Source: a virus. From it: 64,000 bases of DNA. Within the stretch, counting starts at the first letter, position 1; each line of letters opens with the position of its first letter. Shown here piece by piece: positions 38,075 through 47,057 of this stretch. Location of the stretch: positions 6,780 through 70,779 of the IMG/VR virus record IMGVR_UViG_3300047160_007655; one strand, written 5' to 3'. Below the pieces are notes generated by a model. It ran no database searches. It was given only the letters and a program-made list of their open reading frames with translations, and was not told the origin of the DNA. The translations under genes were made by a program, and so were the position numbers.

Positions 38075-39361
38075 TTATGAGAGGGGCAGTTTTATCGAAC
38101 CAGGCCGACCTGTCGCCATCACAAACGCCAGCAAAGCACTGAGAGGACGCTCTGATACTGCCTCGTGGAATTGACCGGTGTTCTGAGCGAACCCCACTGC
38201 AATAGCAACCGGCGCAATTCGGGCCAGCCAATCCGGCTGAGGCGGCCATTCAAATACCGCCGCATTTTTTAAATACGCGAGCGCGGTTTGTAACTGCTGG
38301 ACTTGCGCAGCCGTCATTGCCGAGCCTCCAGTAAACCCGCTATATTGCAATGTCAAGTCAGGACTGAAGGTCCCTCCGCCAAACGCGAACCCCACATCGG
38401 CTGGAATCCCCGTTACCGTTGTTGGGGTTATGTGAATCGTCGCCGCTGGAGAATATGTCCCGCCCCTTATCAACAAAGCTAGCCAATCGCCGTTCGAGCC
38501 CACAATCGCAAACGGTCCAACCCACGTCCCGCCGGTTATCAACAGTTTTACGAGTGAAGCACCTGTCGCACTTGAAGGATTGCCCAAAATAAATTTCACC
38601 GCGCCATATGTCCCGTCAGCAATCGTCAAGTTCGTCGCTGAGTTTCCGTGAACCGACATTCCCACCAGCTGCAACGTTCCAGTCACATTCAAATTCGTGA
38701 ATGTACTATTTATAATCCTCCCCAACCTTGTTTCCAGCTGTCCGAGAATTCCCGAAATAGTACAATCCCTGATAGTCAAAACTGCGCCTGATGGCGTGAC
38801 TATTCCAGAATAATTCCCAGCCGCTAGGACGGGCGCCGAGACCGGACTTACATAGGGAAACACGCCCCCCACCGTAACAGAGCCCGAATATCCTCCAGTC
38901 GGCCCAGTCGAAACTGTTCCTGAAAAAATAATCACTTCATCTGTAGCGGGGTTTGGCAGCCTTCCCGCCGCCACTGCCGGTATGTTTGAGGACGACGATA
39001 TAAAGCCCGGATAAAAGTACCAGTTGCCGACCGTGTTCCAGTTTCCATCCGGCGCCGGACCCGAGCCCGTGTTCGGACCGTAGCATATCGAATATCTCAA
39101 AAATGCCGTCTGTGTCTGCACACTGCCCGCTGCGTTTGTAACGATGCAATAATACGCCCCAATTGTACCCGCGTTTACGGCCGGATTGTAAACGTTGGAA
39201 GTCGCACCAAGTATCAGCCCACCGTTAAGATACCACTGATATGTCGGAGCCGGAGTCGTTGCGGTAGACACTATGACTAAAAAACCATTCTGCACCGAAT
39301 TAGCCGAGCCGGGCGGCCCACACTGGTCTTGCGGCTGTTGGTCAATACTAATAAAGGCCAT
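38075..39361 (-). CDS. Ig-like domain plus beta-rich passenger-like protein
   Basis: IDQQPQ..PTYQWYLNG..I.GAT..GAYYCIVTNAAGSV Ig signature; GNWNTVGNW; Gly/Thr-rich body. Confidence 0.75.
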   Translation of the reverse strand: MAFISIDQQPQDQCGPPGSANSVQNGFLVIVSTATTPAPTYQWYLNGGLILGATSNVYNPAVNAGTIGAYYCIVTNAAGSVQTQTAFLRYSICYGPNTGSGPAPDGNWNTVGNWYFYPGFISSSSNIPAVAAGRLPNPATDEVIIFSGTVSTGPTGGYSGSVTVGGVFPYVSPVSAPVLAAGNYSGIVTPSGAVLTIRDCTISGILGQLETRLGRIINSTFTNLNVTGTLQLVGMSVHGNSATNLTIADGTYGAVKFILGNPSSATGASLVKLLITGGTWVGPFAIVGSNGDWLALLIRGGTYSPAATIHITPTTVTGIPADVGFAFGGGTFSPDLTLQYSGFTGGSAMTAAQVQQLQTALAYLKNAAVFEWPPQPDWLARIAPVAIAVGFAQNTGQFHEAVSERPLSALLAFVMATGRPGSIKLPLS

Positions 39362-39363
39362 AC

Positions 39364-39918
39364 TTATTCTCTCCGAATATATAGCGTCTGGTCGATGGCC
39401 TTTGCCGCAGCATCTACCTGAAACGCCTCCCAATCTGTATTTAAAAACTTAGCGATGCAGGTGGCCGAATATTTTGGAGATGCACACACCAAATCATAAT
39501 TCAACTGCAATGCCCCGGCCGGTTTTACTTTCTGCCACAACAAAAATTGCTCGGACGACTTCGCCAATCTCTCCTCGATTGGAAAGACGGCATTCTCCAT
39601 TTTATTGTATTCTGCCGCGATGGCGCGCCACGAATTCTGGATTCCTGTGAGGGAGCGCGCCATGAAAATAAACCGGTAGTCCGCCGGTACGCTGGCGAGC
39701 CGGTCCGGCGATAAGAGCTTGAAGCAGTTAGTAAATTCGCCGCGCCGGATTTTGCCGGGGCATTCATATAGGCCGTACGGATTTCGAAATAGGGTAGTCG
39801 TGACGGCATCGAGCTGGGGAGTCTCTACATCGACTGCAAGTCCTCCCGCTTCCAAAATACGCATCATCATCGAAGTTCCGCTTCGTGCCTGCCCGCAAAC
39901 ACATACTCTGGGTGTCAT
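39364..39918 (-). CDS. Sulfotransferase-family protein
   Basis: VCGQARSGTSMMMRILEAGG PAPS-binding loop; NPYGLYE; FIFMARS..S; start set by the late motif. Confidence 0.7.
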   Translation of the reverse strand: MTPRVCVCGQARSGTSMMMRILEAGGLAVDVETPQLDAVTTTLFRNPYGLYECPGKIRRGEFTNCFKLLSPDRLASVPADYRFIFMARSLTGIQNSWRAIAAEYNKMENAVFPIEERLAKSSEQFLLWQKVKPAGALQLNYDLVCASPKYSATCIAKFLNTDWEAFQVDAAAKAIDQTLYIRRE

Positions 39919-40255
39919 CCTTAAATAGTTACCAAAAATAGGACACTGCGCACGAGCGAATTTTTTTATCTCGCGTTTGAGGGGGAAAGCGGAAGCGCTG
40001 CCATCCAAACCCCCCGAGGGGGTCAGCCGGTCGGGGAGGGGGCCGGACCGGCGGAAAGCGGCCAAACGTCACGCCGAAACGCCCTGCCGCCGGGGCCTGA
40101 CCCCGATTCCGGCGAATCGAGGGACAACGATGGGGCTGAACGCCGAGACGGCAGGCCATAGTCGGACCTAAGCTCTGCCCGGGGCATTCTCGCCACGTCG
40201 CGAGCTCGATTCGCTTAGTTCTGCGATTTCTGTCAGGACAGAAATGACTGAAATA

Positions 40256-41047
40256 TCAGATAGGACTGTCAGCTGGCGCTGCTGGCGCTGCCATCGCTGC
40301 GGTAACGTCTGCCTGCTCACTCGAAGGGGGAAGGGATTTTCCGTTTGCTGATTTAAGTTTGGCATCAGCATCCGCCGCGCTGGGGGCTTTGAGAACTTCA
40401 GCCATCGCTGTCTGAATCAGTGCATGTACTTCCACAACCGCAGTTGTGTCGCTCTTGTCATCATCACGGGACGTGCGCTCGGTGACAGTATCGTTGAGCG
40501 CTGCGTAGGTCATAGAAGCCATCTTTTCGAGGGCCGCGCACAAGTCTGAAAACGGTTTGCAGTTGAGTACTTTCTCGATTCGCTGAGACGAGCCTACGCC
40601 CCGAATAATTTGCGTGTAGCACTGTTCAAACAATTGGTCATCAGTCAACAAATAAAGCCTGTTCACCATTCGCTGCAAAACTATTCGCATCCGGTGAGCA
40701 ATCACAAAGTTTGAAGCGCGAGAGATGGCGCGCTCCAAATCGCCGGGGCGCCCGGACTTCTTCAACTCCAACAAGCTCTTGATTCGCTCCGGCCATTTCA
40801 GCTCCTCGGAAATTTGGGAAACGATTGAGACATCCACACCGAGGGTGAGGGCAGTGCGCTCAACGTCGCCAGCAAAACCGCAATAGATTTGAAAAGCATT
40901 TTCCAAATCGACGCCGTGTTTGCTCTCTCTGGAAACTTGGTCAATGTGGTCAAGTTGGCGGAGGTTCTCTTCAATCTTCGCTTGGCCCGAGCGCAGATAG
41001 CCGATGTTGCTCGGCTTCTGTTTATCGGCAGACATTCTCTTGGACAT
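40256..41047 (-). CDS. Putative terminase small subunit / HTH protein
   Basis: N-terminal HTH-like segment (AFQIY..VERTALTLGV..W), helical body, first large gene of the packaging arm. Confidence 0.45.
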   Translation of the reverse strand: MSKRMSADKQKPSNIGYLRSGQAKIEENLRQLDHIDQVSRESKHGVDLENAFQIYCGFAGDVERTALTLGVDVSIVSQISEELKWPERIKSLLELKKSGRPGDLERAISRASNFVIAHRMRIVLQRMVNRLYLLTDDQLFEQCYTQIIRGVGSSQRIEKVLNCKPFSDLCAALEKMASMTYAALNDTVTERTSRDDDKSDTTAVVEVHALIQTAMAEVLKAPSAADADAKLKSANGKSLPPSSEQADVTAAMAAPAAPADSPI

Positions 41048-41260
41048 TTTAGAAAAAAATGAACGTGCCCGAGCGCAGATAGCCGATGTTGCTCGGCTTC
41101 TGTTTATCGGCAGACATTCTCTTGGACATTTTAGCAGACATTCTCTTGGACATTTTAGAAAAAAATGAACGTGCCCGAGCGCAGATAGCCGATGTTGGGC
41201 TTCTGTTTATCGGCAGACATTCTCTTGGACATTTTTAGAAAAAGATGAACGTGCCCGAGC
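40985..41260. repeat. ~82-bp tandem repeat (3 copies plus 8-bp remnant) covering the start of 40256-41047
   Basis: Units start GCCCGAGC at 40985, 41067, 41173 and 41253; 24-bp internal duplication in unit 2. Confidence 0.95.
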
Positions 41261-41354
41261 TACTCGTGTTCACGCGGTAAATCAATTCGGCTGCGAGCAG
41301 TTCAAGCAGAACGGCTGCGGCTATGCCGAGCAAAAAACATGCCCACCATTTCAT
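41235..41354 (-). CDS. 39-aa membrane peptide
   Basis: Read manually: MKWWACFLLGIAAAVLLELLAAELIY...; ATGA overlap with the upstream gene. Confidence 0.5.
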   Translation of the reverse strand: MKWWACFLLGIAAAVLLELLAAELIYRVNTSSSGTFIFF

Positions 41355-41575
41355 TGGAGTGGCATCGGCCGAGATTCGAGAATGGCGCGCTGGTACCAGC
41401 CGAGGCCATACATGCCGCGCATATAGACATAATACTCCTCGTCTTGATTAGCGTGCCCGTCATCGCCTTGAAACAAAAGCGGCGTGAGGCAGTCGAGATT
41501 GCGACAGCGCCGGGCGCTCTTGTCGACGGTGGGCTGCTTGCACTTGGGACAGTGGGTCGGCGGGAGGGTCTTCAT
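41351..41575 (-). CDS. Small zinc-ribbon protein
   Basis: CPKC..CRNLDC. Confidence 0.6.
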   Translation of the reverse strand: MKTLPPTHCPKCKQPTVDKSARRCRNLDCLTPLLFQGDDGHANQDEEYYVYMRGMYGLGWYQRAILESRPMPLQ

Positions 41576-41976
41576 GGGGCCTTCAGAATACGCAGTAGTT
41601 CGGAAGCCGGGACAAAGCCGATGGGCTTGCGATTGATGTAAAAAAGCACGCCATCCAAAGTGGCAATAAATTCATCCGCTATTACTTCAATGGGTTTGGG
41701 CTCGCTTGCGACATAAACGTGGTAGGTATTCATTGACTGGTGCCTTGATTTTTGAGGGTAGCCTGCTGAGCGGTCCAAAAAGCGGCGCGCTTGTTCTGGC
41801 GGTGCTCGCTGCGCGCAATCTGCGCCAGCCGCTGCAAATCAGGCCCGTGGGCGGCAAAAAGGCCGTTCGCGACCTGACTGGGCTGTTTTCGGCGTTTCAC
41901 CGTGAGATAGTTACCGGCCAAAAGTGCCGGAGCAACCAAAATCTCAAAATTTTCATCAAAAGCACAAAAAGTGCGA

Positions 41977-42170
41977 GTTTGGTAAAGTAGGAATCGTTGA
42001 CTCTGTTGACGTCGCCACTCGAAAATCGTATAGGTTTAAAAGGGTAGCTCCAACTTTACTTATTGTATATTATTTAAAATTTAAAAAGGTTTGTTGTATC
42101 TACCCTTTTAAACCTATACGATTTTCGAGTGGCGACGTCAACAGAGTCAACGATTCCTACTTTACCAAAC
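41977..42170. repeat. Perfect 71-bp inverted repeat with 52-bp AT-rich spacer
   Basis: 41977-42047 is the exact reverse complement of 42100-42170. Confidence 0.97.
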
Positions 42171-42222
42171 CGCGTACTGCCCCGGCCTGTTACTTTTTTC
42201 AGTTGACACGGCGTTCCGGCGC

Positions 42223-42233
42223 GGTAACTATCT
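42223..42233 (+). promoter_or_regulatory. GGTAACTATCT motif (representative of 13 copies)
   Basis: Always co-oriented with and upstream of a gene; all positions listed in findings. Confidence 0.8.
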
Positions 42234-42239
42234 GACGAT

Positions 42240-42962
42240 ATGACAGACCAGAACCAGACAGAGTCCCCGAGGATAACCCGCAAAACGACGTTCCGCGACC
42301 CGGACCTAGATATTCTGCGGCGCCGCCTCTCTGACGTGATTTTCAAAACCGTGCCGCTGGACGGCGATGCCCGCTATATAGAGATAGACGCAGCGGCTGA
42401 AAGGAAGCGGCTGAAGACCTGCCACTGCGTTGGCTATTCGATAATGATTCGGCTCTACGCCGGGGGCTTGCAGCATTCGCTCGCGACTTTTAAAGCCGTT
42501 GAAGCGCCTACGGCTGCCCGCATTGCCGACATGGTGCTTCATCGAATGGGTAAATGGCGCCTGAAGTTCGAGCAATCCCTCGCTCCGGCCGATTACAACT
42601 ACACGCCAGAGCAAGCCGAAGCCGATTGGAAGAATGAACCGCACATTGCCGAAATCATCCGGGCGATGGCCGAGCGCTTGGAGACGCTGGGCTTTTTGAT
42701 TGTGCCCGGCAAAGTACAGCGCGTGTCGGCCCCGGCGATTTTGCGGGAGAGCAATCCAATGCAAGAGCAGCTGAATAGAATCGAGCTCTCACTTCAAGCA
42801 CTGAGCCAAGCCGTTTTTCAGCTTACTTCGTTGCTGTGCAGCCATAATTTTTATTATGCCTCCAACCAACTACCACAATCTACTCCGCCTTTTCTGTCAC
42901 CTCCCGGCACGGTGATTTGCAGTACCGCCTCATTTAACGAGAAAGGAGAAAAACAGCCATGA
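42240..42962 (+). CDS. Putative DNA-binding protein (AP2-like segment)
   Basis: IRLYAGGLQHSLATF..TAARIADM..YNY resembles the AP2 consensus LGtF..eAAraYD..Nf. Confidence 0.5.
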   Translation: MTDQNQTESPRITRKTTFRDPDLDILRRRLSDVIFKTVPLDGDARYIEIDAAAERKRLKTCHCVGYSIMIRLYAGGLQHSLATFKAVEAPTAARIADMVLHRMGKWRLKFEQSLAPADYNYTPEQAEADWKNEPHIAEIIRAMAERLETLGFLIVPGKVQRVSAPAILRESNPMQEQLNRIELSLQALSQAVFQLTSLLCSHNFYYASNQLPQSTPPFLSPPGTVICSTASFNEKGEKQP

Positions 42963-43252
42963 AAGTGGATGAACTTCGAAAGATTCTCGCCCCGCTGAAT
43001 GGAGACGAGGAGGTATTAATGCCCGTTGTGGTGGAGGACAAAGTCCAAATGGTTGTGGTAGATAAAAGCCACTGGATGTATGTTTATATTTCGCCGGATG
43101 GATTTATACACGAAGCACAAGCGACGGCTTATCAAAGGCGGGATGTAATCGTGCTATTTTCGAATGCCCACACACGAGTCGAATACACTCGCGGCCACCA
43201 GCCCCGGTTTAAACGGAGAGTATGGCCGGATTCTTTAAACGAAACAATATGA
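42959..43252 (+). CDS. Hypothetical protein
   Basis: MKVDELRKIL-type small phage protein, 4-nt overlap. Confidence 0.65.
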   Translation: MKVDELRKILAPLNGDEEVLMPVVVEDKVQMVVVDKSHWMYVYISPDGFIHEAQATAYQRRDVIVLFSNAHTRVEYTRGHQPRFKRRVWPDSLNETI

Positions 43253-43449
43253 CAGCAGGTGAGCTGGCGGACCAGCTAAAATCAATCCCTCGCGAAACGC
43301 TAATCGTTTTGGATGACGGCGACGGCTTTTATTCCCGCGTGCTGGTTGACCAAACCAAGATTAAGCACTGGAAAATTCTCCCGGGCATCGAGCAACCGGA
43401 CAATGATGATACCGAATTGAAAAGCGTGCTCCGCTTTTCTCCCAAATAA
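43249..43449 (+). CDS. Hypothetical protein
   Basis: MTAGELADQLKSIP-type small phage protein. Confidence 0.65.
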   Translation: MTAGELADQLKSIPRETLIVLDDGDGFYSRVLVDQTKIKHWKILPGIEQPDNDDTELKSVLRFSPK

Positions 43450-43486
43450 TGCTTTCAACGTTCCGGCGTTCTGCTACACTGCCGCT

Positions 43487-43687
43487 ATGTTCAATATCTT
43501 ATTGAAGTCTGAGGAACTGCGGCAGCAAGCGCTGGCGCAGTTATGGCTGGACACTTATTCTCGATGCCGCGCTGCGGCTGTTGCGCTTCCGGAAGTGGTG
43601 TTAGGCAGTCGGGATGAATGGGCCGCTCAAAAGGCGGACGAGGCCGCTAAACAAATACACTCTCGCTTATATGGCCGACAAAAATAA
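43487..43687 (+). CDS. Hypothetical protein (leaderless)
   Basis: CTTTCA-17-TACACT-6 nt-ATG. Confidence 0.6.
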   Translation: MFNILLKSEELRQQALAQLWLDTYSRCRAAAVALPEVVLGSRDEWAAQKADEAAKQIHSRLYGRQK

Positions 43688-43883
43688 ATTCTATCTGCTG
43701 ACGCAAAACGAAAAGGCACTTTGGATTGCCGTCACGGCAAACAAAGGTGCGCCAGCAGCCGACTTGGCAGTTGAGCTTTTCCGCCGCCGGATTCACCCGG
43801 CCAGTGACGAGGATTTTTCGGAGAGCAACGTGCCGGGTATGATTACGGCGCTCGACGAACTGAATGAAGTGATTAAAAAATAA
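43671..43883 (+). CDS. Hypothetical protein
   Basis: ORF starting MADKNKF, packed between neighbours. Confidence 0.55.
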   Translation: MADKNKFYLLTQNEKALWIAVTANKGAPAADLAVELFRRRIHPASDEDFSESNVPGMITALDELNEVIKK

Positions 43884-43906
43884 GACCAGTCAATCGAATA
43901 AGCCAA

Positions 43907-44254
43907 ATGAGCCAACTAATTAATCCCAACCAGCGTTTAAACGTCAGCCCCACCGACTTGGTGCTGGAGCCTGCTTCGGCGCAATCGCTTTCCGCCGCAG
44001 TGATTCGCTATCGCGAATTAACCAAGTCAGCTATTATTAACCCTCGGGATGAAGCCGAGATTGTCGGACTCCAGAAGTTTTTGCTGGAGTCGATGATTAA
44101 CTACGGCGGCAACCTGATTGGCTGCTGGGTGGCCGTGAAGCAGGAATATGAACCTCTGCTTAGGTCTCTCGCGCTTATCGGCAACCGGCTCAAGGTGATG
44201 ACCGAGAACCGCACCGAGGAAAATAACCTCAACAAAGAAACTGCGCCTGAATAA
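43907..44254 (+). CDS. Hypothetical protein
   Basis: 115-aa ORF, operon packing. Confidence 0.65.
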   Translation: MSQLINPNQRLNVSPTDLVLEPASAQSLSAAVIRYRELTKSAIINPRDEAEIVGLQKFLLESMINYGGNLIGCWVAVKQEYEPLLRSLALIGNRLKVMTENRTEENNLNKETAPE

Positions 44255-44613
44255 TGCCGAGCATAAAGAACAAGTGGAAGACGAGCGGCCGGACTCGCGA
44301 CCTGCTAAGCTCGCATCCCGGCCAGAACGGCAAGGGCAGTGTAGATAGGACAACCGACGATGAAGCCTACCGAAATAATTACGCGGATATTGATTGGAGT
44401 GGAAACGCCAGTCGTGATGAAAAGTTGGGGACTGGATTGGACACTGCACAATCCTCGCCGGGTGTTTTGCCCGCTGTGCCGGAGGCGCAACACTGTCAAA
44501 TTGCGGAGTGTGGAGTCAGGTCTCCCCAACCGCTATTTGCCCCCGTATCAGCTCCCTCAACCAGAACCGCGCCGCCTCTCAAAGGGGTTAGGGCAAGCTA
44601 TCTCAAGCACTGA
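44254..44613 (+). CDS. Hypothetical protein
   Basis: GKGSVDR..YRNNYADIDW motif seen in small phage proteins. Confidence 0.55.
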   Translation: MPSIKNKWKTSGRTRDLLSSHPGQNGKGSVDRTTDDEAYRNNYADIDWSGNASRDEKLGTGLDTAQSSPGVLPAVPEAQHCQIAECGVRSPQPLFAPVSAPSTRTAPPLKGVRASYLKH

Positions 44614-44658
44614 ATATGAATGCACCTATTCCGGGTGCAAAGGATTAACATTCAAACA

Positions 44659-45114
44659 ATGAAAAAACTACTCGCACTTATCGGGCTAGCTGTCTCTCTG
44701 CTGGCGTCACCAACAAAAACCCAAGCCATCGGCGGCTGCTCTCTGACTTGGACCCCGAATCTGACTTTCTTCTGGTCCGGAGGAAGTGTCAATGTCCGTC
44801 AGGCAAACGGCGGCTCTTACTGGGTCACCGGCAACTCTGCTTACAACGGCGCTCAATACAGCTTGGGGGAGGGTGACTACGTATACATCATTCCCCCGAA
44901 CTGCGCAGTATGGACGTGGGGCTACACCTCGTTCTGCGTATGCGACAACCACGGCAACGAAGTTTGTGGAAACCCGACTGCCCAGACCCTCGGCGGCGCG
45001 ATTTATCAGCAGAGGGAGGTTCTGATGGACTGCCAGTGTCCTAACGGCGGCTCTAGCTGGTCCTTCATCTTCGTTTTCCAGAAATACTGTCAGCTGCCTC
45101 CTAACGGGCAGTAG
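44659..45114 (+). CDS. Secreted Cys-rich protein
   Basis: Sec signal MKKLLALIGLAVSLLASPTKTQA; 8 Cys in the mature part. Confidence 0.7.
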   Translation: MKKLLALIGLAVSLLASPTKTQAIGGCSLTWTPNLTFFWSGGSVNVRQANGGSYWVTGNSAYNGAQYSLGEGDYVYIIPPNCAVWTWGYTSFCVCDNHGNEVCGNPTAQTLGGAIYQQREVLMDCQCPNGGSSWSFIFVFQKYCQLPPNGQ

Positions 45115-45161
45115 CCTTTGACTGTTTCAACTATTCCAACAACCGACGGCAAACTAAAACA

Positions 45162-45527
45162 ATGAAGAAACTTATCTCAATCGCTGTGCTGGCCCTCGGG
45201 CTGGCTTTCACATCGCTCGCTGGTCCCGGCGGTCAAATCCCCGGCGGAGGCACTCCCTCGCCCGCTGGCTCGCCCCTCGTGTGCGAGTATTACAGCTGTG
45301 ACCATTACCACGGCGGCTATGAAATCAACGTAGTCACCAAAGGCAACGGCTACTGGCAGGTGTTCTGCGTTGACCACACAACTGGCGTTGTGTCGTGCAT
45401 TTTCACTCAGCATTGCGCGACCCCGTTCACTACGCCTTGGGCGACGTGGATACCGTCCTCTGACGTGTGCGAATTTTACCTCGTGACCTATCAGGTCAAC
45501 GGCTATCGGCAAATCACCCACCTGTGA
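45162..45527 (+). CDS. Secreted Cys-rich protein
   Basis: Sec signal MKKLISIAVLALGLAFTSLA; 6 Cys. Confidence 0.7.
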   Translation: MKKLISIAVLALGLAFTSLAGPGGQIPGGGTPSPAGSPLVCEYYSCDHYHGGYEINVVTKGNGYWQVFCVDHTTGVVSCIFTQHCATPFTTPWATWIPSSDVCEFYLVTYQVNGYRQITHL

Positions 45528-45937
45528 TTAAACCAAGAATAATTGCGGTGGATTTCGATGGAACGCTCGTCACGCACGAGTATCCAAAGGTCGGGATTGA
45601 AGTGCCCGGCGCCGTCAAGGTTGTCGGCGAGTTGATTGAGGCCGGGCATCGGATTATTCTCTGGACAATGCGCCACGACCAAGGATTGATTGACGCGCAC
45701 AATTGGATGATAGCCCACAACATCCCACCGTGGGCAATCAACCACAACCCGGAACAGAGCAGCTGGACGGATTCGAACAAAGCATACGCCAATCTCTACA
45801 TTGATGACGCCGCCTGCGGGTGTCCTCTGATTGAGCCGTGGTTTTCCGCATGCTGCTCCGTACTTCCCAAATCTGACCGGCCCTATGTTAATTGGTCCAA
45901 AGTCGAGGCGTTGCTAAGAAATAATAATTATTTATGA
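45524..45937 (+). CDS. HAD-superfamily phosphatase
   Basis: IIAVDFDGTLV, IILWTMR, KAYANLYIDD. Confidence 0.85.
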   Translation: MIKPRIIAVDFDGTLVTHEYPKVGIEVPGAVKVVGELIEAGHRIILWTMRHDQGLIDAHNWMIAHNIPPWAINHNPEQSSWTDSNKAYANLYIDDAACGCPLIEPWFSACCSVLPKSDRPYVNWSKVEALLRNNNYL

Positions 45938-46009
45938 TGACAGCACTTCTAGTCTGGTTCATTTTCACTATCTGGGCGGCGCTCAGCTTCTGCGCCGCTG
46001 CTGCGGAAA

Positions 46010-46621
46010 ATGATTAACTCTAACATCACCGGCGCAATTTTCTGCGCGCTGCAACGGCAGGTGACGTTCTGGCGTTCTGCCTTTCAGGCGGCATGGGTCT
46101 CGGCGTGCGACAAACACACGAAACAGCGTCAGCTCGTCCAGCGCATCGAACTGGATACCAAAACGTCCAAAGAAGCTGCTCGCCGTCTGAAGCAAATCGA
46201 AGAGAGCTACTGTGATGCCGGGCTTCAGCTGCTCGCCCTCGATGCTGAGCACCAGCTGCTCAAGCTCCGCTCGCCAACGCAACTCAACAAAGAATATGAA
46301 AATCAAGTGCTCGCTGTTTCGCTGGGTCGGCCTGATATGTCTCCGACTAGGCTGGCTGACGCTCAGCATGGCAAACAACTCATTCAGACAGTCGAAGCCT
46401 TGGCCACTTCTATTGCAAGCTCTTTCGAAAGAGCGGGACTCCTCACGGCTCCTCCGCGAAGTCCACAAGCTCGTCTACTTGAAGAACTGCGGAACCTGTT
46501 TGACGGATGCGGCATACTCAACTGGCCCGTTCACGCTGGAAGAATTGCTGACCAATCGCGGCGCGTTCAGCGAATATCTGAGTTTTCGGGCATGCCAACA
46601 ACAGCGCCAATCGATGTGTAA
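46010..46621 (+). CDS. Hypothetical protein (frame of 3' half uncertain)
   Basis: 203-aa ORF; a competing frame 46212-46628 exists. Confidence 0.4.
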   Translation: MINSNITGAIFCALQRQVTFWRSAFQAAWVSACDKHTKQRQLVQRIELDTKTSKEAARRLKQIEESYCDAGLQLLALDAEHQLLKLRSPTQLNKEYENQVLAVSLGRPDMSPTRLADAQHGKQLIQTVEALATSIASSFERAGLLTAPPRSPQARLLEELRNLFDGCGILNWPVHAGRIADQSRRVQRISEFSGMPTTAPIDV

Positions 46622-46624
46622 AAT

Positions 46625-46957
46625 ATGATTAAACTAAATCCGGAACGCGCCAAGGTAATGGCCCAGCTCGAAGCGCTGGACACGGAACTGCAAGAAAAGC
46701 TTAGCGCCAATCGGGCGCACCAGAGTCAACTCAAGCTGGCGCAAATTTGGGATAGCTGCCGGGTCAGAATCGGCACCATCGTGAAGAAAAAGCACGACGG
46801 AAAAATTTACATGGTGAAGAGCGTGGACCCAGACTGGTATGGCGACCTGCCCCGAGTTGAAGCCGTGATGCAGAAGAAAGACAAAAGCTTTGGCAATCGG
46901 CTTTGGACGCTGTGGCCTAGCGAGTATGAAGTAATAGAGGAGGCCGAGGCCCAATGA
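46625..46957 (+). CDS. Hypothetical protein
   Basis: Coiled coil plus SH3-like beta region (KKDKSFG). Confidence 0.65.
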   Translation: MIKLNPERAKVMAQLEALDTELQEKLSANRAHQSQLKLAQIWDSCRVRIGTIVKKKHDGKIYMVKSVDPDWYGDLPRVEAVMQKKDKSFGNRLWTLWPSEYEVIEEAEAQ

Positions 46958-47057
46958 AAAAATATTCCAGCACAAGCATAACAATTGACCTGCTGTTTTT
47001 GTTGCTCGGCGCCGCCGTCCTCTGGCTCCTCTGGGCGATGGTGGCTCCTCTCGGCCA

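Noticed and set aside
39919-40065. N-terminal extensions given in the ORF track (also for gmd, fcl, 22993 and 19793 genes)
   Set aside because: They overlap upstream genes or promoter motifs; family motifs begin at the downstream ATGs
40985-41260. Possible CRISPR array
   Set aside because: Contiguous ~82-bp tandem units without unique spacers, and no cas operon
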